Below, piece after piece: positions 20,169 to 29,909 of a stretch of DNA of 53,740 nt. The notes under the pieces are model-generated. The model saw only the letters and a list, made by a program, of their open reading frames with translations. It was not told the DNA's origin and searched no databases. Numbering within the stretch: position 1 is the stretch's first letter; each line of letters begins with the position of its first letter. The translations under genes were made by a program, and so were the position numbers. The stretch comes from Flexivirga caeni (GTDB lineage Bacteria > Actinomycetota > Actinomycetes > Actinomycetales > Dermatophilaceae): contig NZ_RJJQ01000006.1 in NCBI RefSeq assembly GCF_003724155.1, forward strand, positions 1 through 53,740, given 5' to 3'.

Positions 20169-21197
20169 GTGACCGAACACCTGATGCTGCTCGCGCCCTC
20201 CGGCAACCGGGTGTATGCCGCCGACGCGCCACGACTTGCTGCGGCCGAACTCCGAGCTTTGACAGTGGGTTTCGGGCTTGCTGAGCCCGATGTCCTGACG
20301 ACCTGCATCGCAGGGGTCGACTACCTGTCGCTGCGTACGGGGGACGAGCTGACCTCGTGGGAGGTGCGCGTGCTGTCCCAACTGTCTGCGGCATACGCCC
20401 TCTACCGGCGGGAGGGTGACCTGCTGGCCCCGGTCGCGCTGCAGCATCCCGACCGCTACCCGAGCGACCTGGTGACCATTCAGAAATACCAGGGCAAGAC
20501 CAACGAGCAGTGGACCCGGCTGCTGCTCAACGTCACCGCCGCGGCGACCGCCACCCCCGACCGGCTGCTGGACGGCACGCTGCGGGTGCTCGACCCGATG
20601 TGCGGCCGCGGCACGACGCTCAACATCGCCCTGTCGCTCGGGCTGGACGTCACCGGTGTCGACCTGGACAGCAAGGACTTCCAGGCATATTCGGCGTTCA
20701 TCAAGACCTGGATGCGGCAGCACCGGCTGAAACACTCCGCCGACGAGAGCAGCTTGCGCACCGATGGGCGGGGGCGTGGGCGGCAGCTGCGGATCGAGGT
20801 GGCGGCGTCCAAGGACGACCACAAGGCGGGGCGGACGCAGCGCGTCATCTACCTGTCGACCGACACCACCGACCTGGACGGGCTGATCCGGCCGCGCAGC
20901 GTCGACGTGATCGTGACCGACACGCCGTACGGCGTGCAGCACGGCTCGCACGGTGACCGGCTCGCGCGCAGCCCGCTCGATCTGCTCGACCGCGCACTGC
21001 CCGAGTGGGTGCGGACCTTGCGCACCGGTGGCGCCGTCGGACTGTCCTACAACCGGCATGTCGCTCCGCGCGATGAACTCGCCGCGCTGCTCGTCACGCA
21101 CGGTCTGACACTGGTGGACGGCGACCCCGACGCGTTCCGGCACCGCGTCGACGCGTCGATCGACCGCGACCTGCTCGTCGCCCGCAAAGGCCGGTGA
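20169..21197 (+). CDS. SAM-dependent methyltransferase (N6-adenine/N2-guanine class; Trm11/RlmL-like catalytic core)
   Basis: Motif I LDPMCGRGTT and motif IV TDTPYG. ~130-aa N-terminal domain of unknown type (no THUMP motifs recognised). Confidence 0.6.
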   Translation: MTEHLMLLAPSGNRVYAADAPRLAAAELRALTVGFGLAEPDVLTTCIAGVDYLSLRTGDELTSWEVRVLSQLSAAYALYRREGDLLAPVALQHPDRYPSDLVTIQKYQGKTNEQWTRLLLNVTAAATATPDRLLDGTLRVLDPMCGRGTTLNIALSLGLDVTGVDLDSKDFQAYSAFIKTWMRQHRLKHSADESSLRTDGRGRGRQLRIEVAASKDDHKAGRTQRVIYLSTDTTDLDGLIRPRSVDVIVTDTPYGVQHGSHGDRLARSPLDLLDRALPEWVRTLRTGGAVGLSYNRHVAPRDELAALLVTHGLTLVDGDPDAFRHRVDASIDRDLLVARKGR

Positions 21198-21249
21198 CCT
21201 TAGGGTGGTGCGTTGCCACATGACGACACACCACGCCAGGAGGACGACG

Positions 21250-21678
21250 ATGGCTGACCCGGCACGCGCCCGCAAGATCGCCGAGCGCACCAAGACCCTT
21301 GTGGCCGACTTCGTCGAGCGACGCGTCAAGGACGAACGCCTCGGCTTCGTCACCATCACCGACGTGCGGGTCACCGGTGACCTGCAGCACGCGTCGGTCT
21401 TCTACACCGTTTTCGGATCCGACGAAGAACGCGCGAACACCGCTGCAGCGCTTGAGGATTGGCGTGGTCGCATCCGGTCGCACGTCGGCAAGGGCCTCGG
21501 CATCCGGCTGACGCCGTCGCTGGAGTTCATCCCCGACGCCATCCCCGAGGGTGCCGCCCACATCGAGGAAGCGCTCAAGGCGGCTCGCGAACGCGACGAA
21601 GAACTCGCGCAGAGCAAGGCCGGCGCGTCATACGCCGGGGACGCCGATCCCTACAAGAAGGCCGACGACGCCGAATGA
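21250..21678 (+). CDS. rbfA: ribosome-binding factor A
   Basis: AGGAGG RBS. RbfA KH-fold sequence (…LGFVTITDVRVTGDLQHASVFYT…). Followed by truB with an ATGA overlap. Confidence 0.9.
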   Translation: MADPARARKIAERTKTLVADFVERRVKDERLGFVTITDVRVTGDLQHASVFYTVFGSDEERANTAAALEDWRGRIRSHVGKGLGIRLTPSLEFIPDAIPEGAAHIEEALKAARERDEELAQSKAGASYAGDADPYKKADDAE

Positions 21679-22562
21679 CGGCCGATGGCCTGCTGCTGGT
21701 TGACAAGCCGGCCGGCTGGACCAGTCACGACGTGGTGGCCCGCACGCGGCGGCTCACGCGGACCCGCCGCGTCGGGCACGCGGGCACGCTGGACCCGATG
21801 GCCACCGGGGTGCTCGTGCTCGGCATCAACCGGGCGACGAAATTGCTGACCTACCTGGTGGGTTGCGACAAGACCTACACCGCGACGATCAGGCTCGGGC
21901 AGTCGACCGTCACCGACGACGCAGAGGGTGAGATCACCCAGGTGTATGACGCGAGCGGTCTTTCGTCCCAAGCGATTTCGGCCGCTGCTGGACGGCTGAC
22001 CGGCGACATCCTGCAGGTCCCGAGCGCGGTCAGCGCGATCAAGGTCGACGGGGTGCGGTCCTACGCGCGGGTGCGCGGTGGCGACGAGGTGAAGCTGGCG
22101 GCGCGGCCGGTGCGGGTGAGCCGTTTCGCCATACAGGCCGAGCGCGCGGTGGGCGAGCTGCGCGATCTCGACGTCGAGGTGGAGGTCTCCTCTGGCACCT
22201 ACGTGCGGGCGCTCGCCCGCGATCTGGGCGAGGCGCTCGGCGTCGGCGGCCACTTGACGGCGCTGCGGCGCACGCGGGTCGGCAGCTACACGCTGTCGAT
22301 GACGCACTCGCTCGACGAGCTGACCGCGCTCGCGGAGCGCGAGGAAGCGCTGCCGATCCAGCCGATGGCCGACGCCGCCGCGCGGCAGTTCCCGGTTCGC
22401 CGGATCACCGAGCAGGAGGCGGTGGACCTGCGGCACGGCAAGCGGCTGGCGGCGGAGCCCGAGCATCCGGACCTCTCGGCCGCGATCTGCGGCAACGAGC
22501 TGGTCGCGTTACTGGACGAGACCGGGCCGCTGGCGAAATCGCGCGTAGTCTTTCCTTTCTGA
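21675..22562 (+). CDS. truB: tRNA pseudouridine(55) synthase
   Basis: GLLLVDKPAGWTSHDVV, GHAGTLDP catalytic Asp motif. Confidence 0.92.
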   Translation: MTADGLLLVDKPAGWTSHDVVARTRRLTRTRRVGHAGTLDPMATGVLVLGINRATKLLTYLVGCDKTYTATIRLGQSTVTDDAEGEITQVYDASGLSSQAISAAAGRLTGDILQVPSAVSAIKVDGVRSYARVRGGDEVKLAARPVRVSRFAIQAERAVGELRDLDVEVEVSSGTYVRALARDLGEALGVGGHLTALRRTRVGSYTLSMTHSLDELTALAEREEALPIQPMADAAARQFPVRRITEQEAVDLRHGKRLAAEPEHPDLSAAICGNELVALLDETGPLAKSRVVFPF

Positions 22563-22610
22563 CCGAGACCACATGCGACTGAGTCGCGGATAGGTCTATG
22601 CTCGGGCACC

Positions 22611-23735
22611 ATGGCAACCGTCACGTCATCCGAGGCCACCGGCATGGGCCGCGTACGCGCGATGCTCGCCGATTTCACACCGGCAGAACGCCGTTCGGTC
22701 TTCGGTATGGCGATGGCTGTCGCCGCACTGCACGTGCTCGGCTGGGGCACGCTGCTCTTCGTCATCGCGCCGCAGCACCTGTCGATCGGCGCCGACACCG
22801 CACACGCGCAGGCCTACGGGGTCGGGCTGGGCATCACGGCATACACCCTCGGGATGCGGCACGCCTTCGACGCCGACCACATCGCCGCAATCGACAACAC
22901 CACCCGCAAGCTGCTCTCGGACGGCAAGCGGCCGATCTCGGTCGGCTTCTGGTTCTCCCTCGGCCACTCCAGCGTCGTCTTCGGCCTGTGCTTCCTGCTC
23001 GCCCTCGGCATGAAGGCGCTCGCCGGCCCCGTCGAGAACGACAACTCGACCCTGCACGCGATCACCGGGGTGATCGGCACGTCCGTGTCGGGCGCGTTCC
23101 TGTGGATCATCGGCATCCTCAACCTGATCGCCCTCGTCGGCATCGTCAAGGTGTGGCGCCGGGCCCGGCAGGGTGACTTCGACGAGGACGCGCTGGAGCG
23201 GCACCTCAACTCCCGCGGGTTCGTCAACCGCATCCTCGGCGGCCTGACCAAGTCGGTCACCAAGCCGTGGAACATGTACCCGATCGGCTTCCTCTTCGGG
23301 CTGGGCTTCGACACCGCCACCGAGGTGAGCCTGCTGGTGCTCGCCGGGGGAGCGGCGGTGTCGCTGCCCTGGTACGCCATCCTCACGCTGCCGGTGCTGT
23401 TCGCCGCGGGCATGAGCCTCCTCGATGCCGCAGACGGCGTCTTCATGGCCAAGGCATACCGCTGGGCGTTCGCGAAGCCGCTGCGCCGGCTCTACTACAA
23501 CGCCACGGTGACCTGGCTGTCGGTGTTCGTGGCGCTCGTCATCGGCAGCATCGAGTTGTGCTCGGTGCTGTCCGACCGCTTCGACCTGACGCACGGACCG
23601 ATTGCCGCCATTGGCTCGGTCAACCTGGACGGCGTCGGTTTCGTGATCGTCGGTGTCTTCGTGGTGACCTGGCTGCTCGCCCTCGTCGGGTGGCGCGTCA
23701 TGCGCCTGTCGGAGAAGGATTTCGCCGCGGGCTAA
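22611..23735 (+). CDS. NiCoT (HoxN/HupN/NixA) family nickel/cobalt transporter
   Basis: Signature HAFDADHIAAIDN in TM2 and GLGFDTATE in a later TM. 8 TMs. Confidence 0.85.
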   Translation: MATVTSSEATGMGRVRAMLADFTPAERRSVFGMAMAVAALHVLGWGTLLFVIAPQHLSIGADTAHAQAYGVGLGITAYTLGMRHAFDADHIAAIDNTTRKLLSDGKRPISVGFWFSLGHSSVVFGLCFLLALGMKALAGPVENDNSTLHAITGVIGTSVSGAFLWIIGILNLIALVGIVKVWRRARQGDFDEDALERHLNSRGFVNRILGGLTKSVTKPWNMYPIGFLFGLGFDTATEVSLLVLAGGAAVSLPWYAILTLPVLFAAGMSLLDAADGVFMAKAYRWAFAKPLRRLYYNATVTWLSVFVALVIGSIELCSVLSDRFDLTHGPIAAIGSVNLDGVGFVIVGVFVVTWLLALVGWRVMRLSEKDFAAG

Positions 23736-23841
23736 AGTTGCGGCCGTGATTCTCATTCAGAACAGGCACGGCGGGCTTGGGATGCGTTCGCGTCGCAGGG
23801 AGCTTGCGACCGGCGCCGCGGGCGCAGAGTAAGCCCCGGCC

Positions 23842-24795
23842 GTGCTGAGCTTCTCCACGCTGACCGACATCCCCGCCGACTTCGGCGCGAGCGTGGTCAC
23901 CGTTGGCAACTTCGACGGGGTTCACCGCGGCCACGCGGCATTGCTGCACGAGGTCGTGCAGCGCGCGACGGCTCGCGGCATACGGTCCTGCGCGGTGACC
24001 TTTGAGCCGCACCCGCTGCAGGTGCTGCACCCGGACCGGGCGCCCGAACTCATCGCCTCCACGACCAGCCGCTACGAGCGGCTCGCCGCAACGGGTCTGG
24101 ACGCCGTCCTGGTCCTGGAGTTCACCGCCGAACTCGCGGCAATGACCCCCGAGGAGTTCGTGCGCGATGTCTTCGTCGATGGACTGCACGCGGCCGAGGT
24201 CGTGGTCGGGCGGGACACCCGCTTCGGCGTCAAGAACTCCGGCGACGTCGACACCCTGCGGCAACTCGGTCAGCAGTTCGGCTTCGCCGTGGACGTGCTG
24301 CCCGATGTCGGCGAGGACCACCGTATCTCTTCGACCGACGTGCGGCGCGCGCTCGCCGACGGCGCGGTCGACGTGGCCGCACGCGCGCTCGGGCACGTGC
24401 ACGACGTGCGTGGTGTCGTCGTGCGCGGTCTGCAACGCGGCCGCGAACTCGGCTTCCCGACGGCCAACCTCGGCCCGAAACCGGAGGGCCTGGTGCCCGC
24501 CGACGGCGTGTATGTCGGGTGGCTCGTGCGGGAGGACACGGCGCGCGACGACGCCGAGCACCGGATGCCCGCGGCGATCTCGGTCGGCACCAACCCGACC
24601 TTCGACGACGTGCCGGAGCGCACGGTCGAGGCCTACGTGCTGGACCGGGACGACCTCGACCTGTATGACGAGACGGTCCGCATCGAGTTCGTCCGGCGGC
24701 TGCGCGGCAACACCAAGTTCGACTCGATCGACGCGCTGATCACCCAGATGCGTCGCGACGTGGCACAGGCGAGGGAGATCTGCCGGACCCGCTGA
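23842..24795 (+). CDS. ribF: bifunctional riboflavin kinase / FMN adenylyltransferase
   Basis: GTG start. VVTVGNFDGVHRGH nucleotidyltransferase motif. C-terminal riboflavin-kinase domain (…GFPTANL…). Confidence 0.9.
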   Translation: MLSFSTLTDIPADFGASVVTVGNFDGVHRGHAALLHEVVQRATARGIRSCAVTFEPHPLQVLHPDRAPELIASTTSRYERLAATGLDAVLVLEFTAELAAMTPEEFVRDVFVDGLHAAEVVVGRDTRFGVKNSGDVDTLRQLGQQFGFAVDVLPDVGEDHRISSTDVRRALADGAVDVAARALGHVHDVRGVVVRGLQRGRELGFPTANLGPKPEGLVPADGVYVGWLVREDTARDDAEHRMPAAISVGTNPTFDDVPERTVEAYVLDRDDLDLYDETVRIEFVRRLRGNTKFDSIDALITQMRRDVAQAREICRTR

Positions 24796-24840
24796 CCCGT
24801 TGCGTCGGGTGGATCCGAACCGGCGGGTAGTCTCGCTGCC

Positions 24841-26673
24841 ATGACCAAGTCGCTCACCGAAGAGCACCCTGACCTGGCCGTCGTCGAAGGCCGCGCCACC
24901 TCCGTCGCGCACCTCTTCGTCGACCGCGTAGCCAAGACTCCGACCCGGGAGGCCTACCGCTATCCGGTGGGGGAGCAGTGGAAGTCGATCACCTGGAGCG
25001 AGGTCGATCGCCGCGCCCGCGACATGGCCGCCGGTCTCGTCGCGCTCGGCGTTGCACCGGAGGACCGGGTCGCCGTGGCGAGTTCGACGCGCCTGGAGTG
25101 GGCGCTGGCCGACCTGGCGGTCATGCTCTGCGGCGCCGCGACGACGACGATCTACCCGTCCACGACGGCGGACGAGGTGCTGTTCATCACCTCCGACTCG
25201 GGCAGTGTGGTCGTCTTCGCCGAGAACGACGAGCAGGTGGCCAAGCTGCGCGGCGGCCGCGACGTCATACCGAACGTGACGAAGGTCGTGCTGTTCGACG
25301 GCGACGGTGACGGCGACTGGGTCGTCGGTCTGGCGGAACTCGAGCGGGCGGGGGCGGCATACCTCGCCGAGCACGGCACGATCATCGAGGAGCGGATCGC
25401 CGGGCTGACGCCGGACTCGCTCGCGACGCTCATCTACACGTCGGGCACCACCGGGCGGCCCAAGGGCGTCCGGTTGCCACACGACGCGTGGACCTACGAG
25501 GCCGCCGCCGTCGACTCGGTGCGCATCCTGACCGAGGACGACCTGCAATATCTGTGGCTGCCGCTCGCGCACGTCTTCGGCAAGGTGCTGCTGACGCTGC
25601 CGTTGCAGATCGGTTTTCCGACCGCCATCGACGGTCGCGTCGACAAGATCGTCGAGAACCTGCCGATCGTGCGACCCACCTGGATGGGTGCCGCGCCGCG
25701 CATCTTCGAGAAGGTCTACGGCCGGATCACCATGATGATGGCCGGCGAAGGCGGCGTGAAAGCCAAACTCTTCGACTGGGCCAGCGGCAATGCCCGCAAG
25801 GTCGCGGCTGCCCAGGCGGCCGGTCACTCGGTGAGCCCGCTGCTCGCCGCACAGCACGCGATCGGCGACAAGCTCGTCGTCCACAAGATCCGGGCACGCT
25901 TCGGCGACCGGGTGCGCTTCTTCATTTCCGGCTCCGCCGCGCTCAACCAGGATGTCGCACGCTGGTTCGACGCGATGGGTATGCCGATCCTCGAGGGCTA
26001 CGGCCTCACCGAGACATCGGCGGCCAGTTGCGTGAACCGGCCGGACGCCAACGTGGTCGGCACCGTTGGGTGGCCGGTGCCCGGCACACAGGTGAAGATC
26101 GCCGACGACGGCGAGGTGCTGATCAAAGGCCCCGGCGTCATGCAGGGCTACCGCGGCCTGGACGACGTCACCGCCGAGACCCTGGTCGACGGATGGTTCC
26201 ACACCGGCGACATCGGTGAAGTGCTGCCGACCGGGCACCTGCGCCTCACCGACCGCAAGAAGGACCTCTTCAAGACGTCCAACGGAAAGTATGTCGCGCC
26301 GAGCCTGATCGAGGCGACCTTCAAGGGCATCTGCCCCTTCGCCTCGCAGTTCGTGGTCGAAGGCGACGGCCGCAAGTTCGTCTCCGCGCTGATCACCCTC
26401 GACGAGGAGGCGGTGACCGAGTGGGCGGCCACCCACGGCATGCAGGGCGCCGACTACCGCACGATCGTCACGTCCGACGCCGTGCGTGAACTCGTGCAGG
26501 GCTACGTCGACGAACTCAACCTCGGGCTCAACCGCTGGGAGCAGATCAAGAAGTTCATCATCCTGCCCCGCGACCTGACCGTCGAAGACGGCGAGATCAC
26601 GCCCAGCCTCAAGCTCAAGCGCCCCGTTGTCATCCGCAAGTTCAAGGACGAGCTCGACGGTCTCTACGACTGA
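24841..26673 (+). CDS. long-chain fatty-acid-CoA ligase (AMP-binding, FadD15-like)
   Basis: AMP-binding motifs YTSGTTGRPKGV, GYGLTE and the ...KLKR... C-terminal region. Confidence 0.85.
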   Translation: MTKSLTEEHPDLAVVEGRATSVAHLFVDRVAKTPTREAYRYPVGEQWKSITWSEVDRRARDMAAGLVALGVAPEDRVAVASSTRLEWALADLAVMLCGAATTTIYPSTTADEVLFITSDSGSVVVFAENDEQVAKLRGGRDVIPNVTKVVLFDGDGDGDWVVGLAELERAGAAYLAEHGTIIEERIAGLTPDSLATLIYTSGTTGRPKGVRLPHDAWTYEAAAVDSVRILTEDDLQYLWLPLAHVFGKVLLTLPLQIGFPTAIDGRVDKIVENLPIVRPTWMGAAPRIFEKVYGRITMMMAGEGGVKAKLFDWASGNARKVAAAQAAGHSVSPLLAAQHAIGDKLVVHKIRARFGDRVRFFISGSAALNQDVARWFDAMGMPILEGYGLTETSAASCVNRPDANVVGTVGWPVPGTQVKIADDGEVLIKGPGVMQGYRGLDDVTAETLVDGWFHTGDIGEVLPTGHLRLTDRKKDLFKTSNGKYVAPSLIEATFKGICPFASQFVVEGDGRKFVSALITLDEEAVTEWAATHGMQGADYRTIVTSDAVRELVQGYVDELNLGLNRWEQIKKFIILPRDLTVEDGEITPSLKLKRPVVIRKFKDELDGLYD

Positions 26674-26821
26674 GTCTTTTGGCTCGACTTCTCGCACGGC
26701 AGCTGGGCGCCGACGCTCGCAAGCTCGCGGGGCGCCCGGCTGCCGTGGCCGTCGTCTCGCGGGGGTCCGCTTGGGCACGTGGCGTTTCGTCCGGGAGGGC
26801 TCTCGCCATACCCTGGACTCC

Positions 26822-28777
26822 ATGGCAGGTGAGTCACTCTTTCCCGCGCTGGAGCCGTTGCTGGAGCGGGTCAGCAAACCCATCCAGTATGTCGGCGGTG
26901 AACTCAACTCCACCGTCAAGGACTGGGACTGTGGCGGTTTCGGGCCGGGCGGCCAGGAGCAGACCGTCCGGTGGGCGCTGATGTATCCCGACGCCTACGA
27001 GGTCGGACTGCCCAACCAGGGCGTGATGATCCTCTACGAGGTGCTCAACGAGCGCCCGGACACCATCGCCGAGCGGTCGTATGCCGTGTGGCCCGACCTG
27101 GAAACCGCGATGCGCAAGGCCGGCGTCCCGCAGTTCACCGTGGACGCGCACCGCGCGATCCGCGACTTCGACGTCTTCGGCCTCTCGATGTCCACCGAGC
27201 TCGGCTACACCAACATGCTCACCGCGATCGACCTGGCCGGCATACCGCTGCACGCGGCCGACCGCACCGACGACGACCCGATCGTGCTGATGGGCGGGCA
27301 CGCGTCGTTCAACCCCGAGCCGGTAGCCGACTTCCTCGACGCGGCCGTGCTCGGCGACGGGGAAGAAGCCCTGCTGCGGATCACCGACATCATCAAGGAC
27401 TGGAAGGCACATGGCCGGCCCGGTGGCCGCCGCGAGTTGCTACTCCGGCTTGCGCGCACCGGCGGCGTCTACGTGCCCGCGTTCTACGACGTCGACTACC
27501 TGGCGGACGGGCGCATCCAGCGTGTCGCGCCGGCTCCCGACGCGCACGGTGTGCCGTGGCGGGTGGCCAAGCACACCGTCATGGACCTGGACGCCTGGCC
27601 CTACCCGAAGCAGCCGCTCGTCCCGCTGGCGGAGACCGTCCACGAGCGTATGTCGGTGGAGATCTTCCGCGGCTGCACCCGCGGCTGCCGTTTCTGCCAG
27701 GCCGGCATGATCACCCGCCCAGTGCGCGAGCGATCCATCACCGGCATCGGGGAGATGGTCGAACGCGGCCTGGCCGCAACGGGATTCGAGGAGGTCGGGC
27801 TGCTCTCGCTGTCGTCGGCCGACCACTCCGAGATCGCCGACATCACCAAGGGCCTGGCCGATCGCTACGAGGGAAGCCAGACCGGTCTGTCGCTGCCGTC
27901 CACCCGAGTTGACGCGTTCAACATCGACCTGGCGAACGAGCTGACCCGCGGCGGCCGGCGGTCCGGGCTGACCTTCGCGCCGGAGGGCGGTTCGGAGCGC
28001 ATCCGCAAGGTCATCAACAAGATGGTCAGCGAGGACGACCTGATCAACACCGTTGCCGCGGCGTTCTCCGCGGGCTGGCGGCAGGTGAAGCTCTACTTCA
28101 TGTGCGGCCTGCCGACCGAGACCGACGAAGACGTGCTGCAGATCGCCGAGCTGGCCAAGCGGGTCATCGAGACCGGCCGGAAAGTCAGTGGCCGCAAGGA
28201 CGTTCGCTGCACCGTGTCCATCGGCGGCTTCGTGCCCAAGCCGCACACGCCGTTCCAGTGGGCCGCGCAGCTGGGGGCTGACGAGACCGACGCGCGGCTG
28301 GCCAAACTGCGGGACGCCATCCGCTCCGACCGTCGGCTCGGGTCGTCGATCGGGATGCGCTATCACGATGGGAAGCCCGGCATCGTCGAAGGCTTGCTCA
28401 GCCGTGGCGACCGCCGCGTGGGTGCGGTCATCGAGGCCGTATGGCGCGACGGCGGCCGCTTCGACGGCTGGAGCGAGCACTTCAGCTTCGACCGCTGGAT
28501 GGACTGTGCTGCAACGGTGTTCGAGGGTACGCCGCTGTCGGTCGACTGGTTCACCACCCGCGAGCGCGGCGAGCACGAAGTGCTCCCGTGGGATCACCTC
28601 GACTCCGGCCTGGACAAGGACTGGCTCTGGGACGACTGGCAGGACGCGATCGACGAGAAGGAACTCGACGACTGCCGCTGGACGCCGTGCTTCGACTGCG
28701 GCGTCTGCCCGCAGCTGAACACCGAGATCCAGGTCGGCCCGACCGGCAAGAAGCTGCTGCCGCTCACTGTCGTCTGA
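26822..28777 (+). CDS. TIGR03960-family B12-binding-domain radical SAM protein
   Basis: CTRGCRFCQAG radical-SAM cluster motif. N-terminal B12-like domain. Family typically paired with TIGR03936 near rne in actinobacteria. Confidence 0.8.
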   Translation: MAGESLFPALEPLLERVSKPIQYVGGELNSTVKDWDCGGFGPGGQEQTVRWALMYPDAYEVGLPNQGVMILYEVLNERPDTIAERSYAVWPDLETAMRKAGVPQFTVDAHRAIRDFDVFGLSMSTELGYTNMLTAIDLAGIPLHAADRTDDDPIVLMGGHASFNPEPVADFLDAAVLGDGEEALLRITDIIKDWKAHGRPGGRRELLLRLARTGGVYVPAFYDVDYLADGRIQRVAPAPDAHGVPWRVAKHTVMDLDAWPYPKQPLVPLAETVHERMSVEIFRGCTRGCRFCQAGMITRPVRERSITGIGEMVERGLAATGFEEVGLLSLSSADHSEIADITKGLADRYEGSQTGLSLPSTRVDAFNIDLANELTRGGRRSGLTFAPEGGSERIRKVINKMVSEDDLINTVAAAFSAGWRQVKLYFMCGLPTETDEDVLQIAELAKRVIETGRKVSGRKDVRCTVSIGGFVPKPHTPFQWAAQLGADETDARLAKLRDAIRSDRRLGSSIGMRYHDGKPGIVEGLLSRGDRRVGAVIEAVWRDGGRFDGWSEHFSFDRWMDCAATVFEGTPLSVDWFTTRERGEHEVLPWDHLDSGLDKDWLWDDWQDAIDEKELDDCRWTPCFDCGVCPQLNTEIQVGPTGKKLLPLTVV

Positions 28778-28798
28778 GCGGCTGCCGCGGTCGACGGA

Positions 28799-29086
28799 TC
28801 AGTCGCCGACCCGCAGCTCCAGGTGGATGACGTCCCCGAGCCCGACCTGCTCCGCGCGCTGCACCGCCCGCTTGATCGGCACCAGGTAGCCGCCGTTCCG
28901 GGGGAAGAGCGACGTCGTGAAATCGGTCCGGCCGAGCCGGCCGGACGCCGGGATGCAACCCCACCCGTAGGTGAAATCCTTTGCGGCGAGGGCGAGTTCG
29001 TCCGCCAGCTCCGGCGGCAGCGCCGCGAAGAGGTATGGCGAGGGCCCGCGCCATTCGATGATCTCCGCGTCGAAGTCGAACTCCAC
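28799..29086 (-). CDS. DUF1905 domain protein
   Basis: …WRGPSPYLFAALP…FTYGWGCIPASGRLGRTDFTTSLFPRNGGYLVPIK… Start uncertain: GTG at 29086 chosen; the ATG at 29146 would add an Arg-rich extension. Confidence 0.55.
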   Translation of the reverse strand: MEFDFDAEIIEWRGPSPYLFAALPPELADELALAAKDFTYGWGCIPASGRLGRTDFTTSLFPRNGGYLVPIKRAVQRAEQVGLGDVIHLELRVGD

Positions 29087-29118
29087 GGTGATCAGCCTAC
29101 GGCGCCGCGACCGCGCGC

Positions 29119-29205
29119 AAGACCGCCCATTGACGCTCGAAGCCACTGCTGACGCGCGAAACCGTCGCTGACGGCGCAGCTGCGCCGTCAGCGACGGCTT
29201 CGGCC
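29119..29205. repeat. large imperfect palindromic repeat, copy 1 (core GCTGACGGCGCAGCTGCGCCGTCAGC)
   Basis: CCATTGACG...GCTGACGGCGCAGC|GCTGCGCCGTCAGC...CGTCAATGG. Left arm carries a ~19-nt insertion. Contains the tetR stop codon. Confidence 0.8.
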
Positions 29206-29820
29206 GTCAATGGCGCGTGCTGCCGGCCGCGCCAGCCGGGCGCCGCGCAAGTGCACGGCGATGCTCGGCGCGGCGATGCGGACCAGCGACTCCGAGGATG
29301 CGGCGACAACCGACGGCACTCGGACCAGATAGCGGGTCGCCAGCACGCCGGCGATCGCGAGCAGCACACCGAGAGCTCGCGCCTCGGCGTCCCGACCGGC
29401 CAGCCGCGCCGTTAGCCGTCCGAGCAGCTCGGTCTCCAGGAATTCATCGAAACCGCCCGTTCGACTGTCCTGCGTCGCGCCGGCGACCACCGTCTGGACG
29501 AGAGCCGGACCGGTCCGGGGGTCGTCCCAGACGCGCAGCACGGTCCGCAGGATGCCCTCCGGCCACTGCTCGACCGGGGTGTCCAGCACTCGGTCGAGCA
29601 GCTCGCCCGGGCGCACTGGGATCGCCATCGCAGCCGTGAAAAGCCCCTGTTTCGAGGCGAAGTGGTAGCTGAGCAGCGCGACGTCCACACCCGCGTCGGC
29701 CGCGATGCTGCGCATCGAGGTGTGCGCATAACCACCGGCCAGGAAGCGGGTCCGGGCCACGGCCAGGATCTGGGCACGGGTGTCCGGATGTCCGACGCGA
29801 CGGCCTCTCGATTTATTCAT
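29188..29820 (-). CDS. TetR family transcriptional regulator
   Basis: Start MNKSRGRRVGHPDTRAQILAVARTRF. TetR N-terminal HTH (…YAHTSMRSIAADAGVDVALLSYHFASKQGLF…). Confidence 0.85.
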   Translation of the reverse strand: MNKSRGRRVGHPDTRAQILAVARTRFLAGGYAHTSMRSIAADAGVDVALLSYHFASKQGLFTAAMAIPVRPGELLDRVLDTPVEQWPEGILRTVLRVWDDPRTGPALVQTVVAGATQDSRTGGFDEFLETELLGRLTARLAGRDAEARALGVLLAIAGVLATRYLVRVPSVVAASSESLVRIAAPSIAVHLRGARLARPAARAIDGRSRR

Positions 29821-29909
29821 CAGCGTTGAATCTACGCCGCCGGCGACCGGACCGTAGGAGCCATCGCGTGATCCGAAGGAGGTCACGCCCACGGGAGAGA
29901 GGTTCGGTC

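Noticed and set aside
13143-21249. Direct repeats or att-like sequences bounding the infB-rbfA accessory block
   Set aside because: Comparing the two edges found no shared repeat. The block is described as an insertion on synteny grounds only.
29087-29146. ATG at 29146 as the start of the DUF1905 gene
   Set aside because: It would add an Arg/Ser-rich 20-aa extension (MASSVNGRSCARSRRRRLI) not seen in DUF1905 proteins. GTG at 29086 was preferred, but the start remains uncertain.
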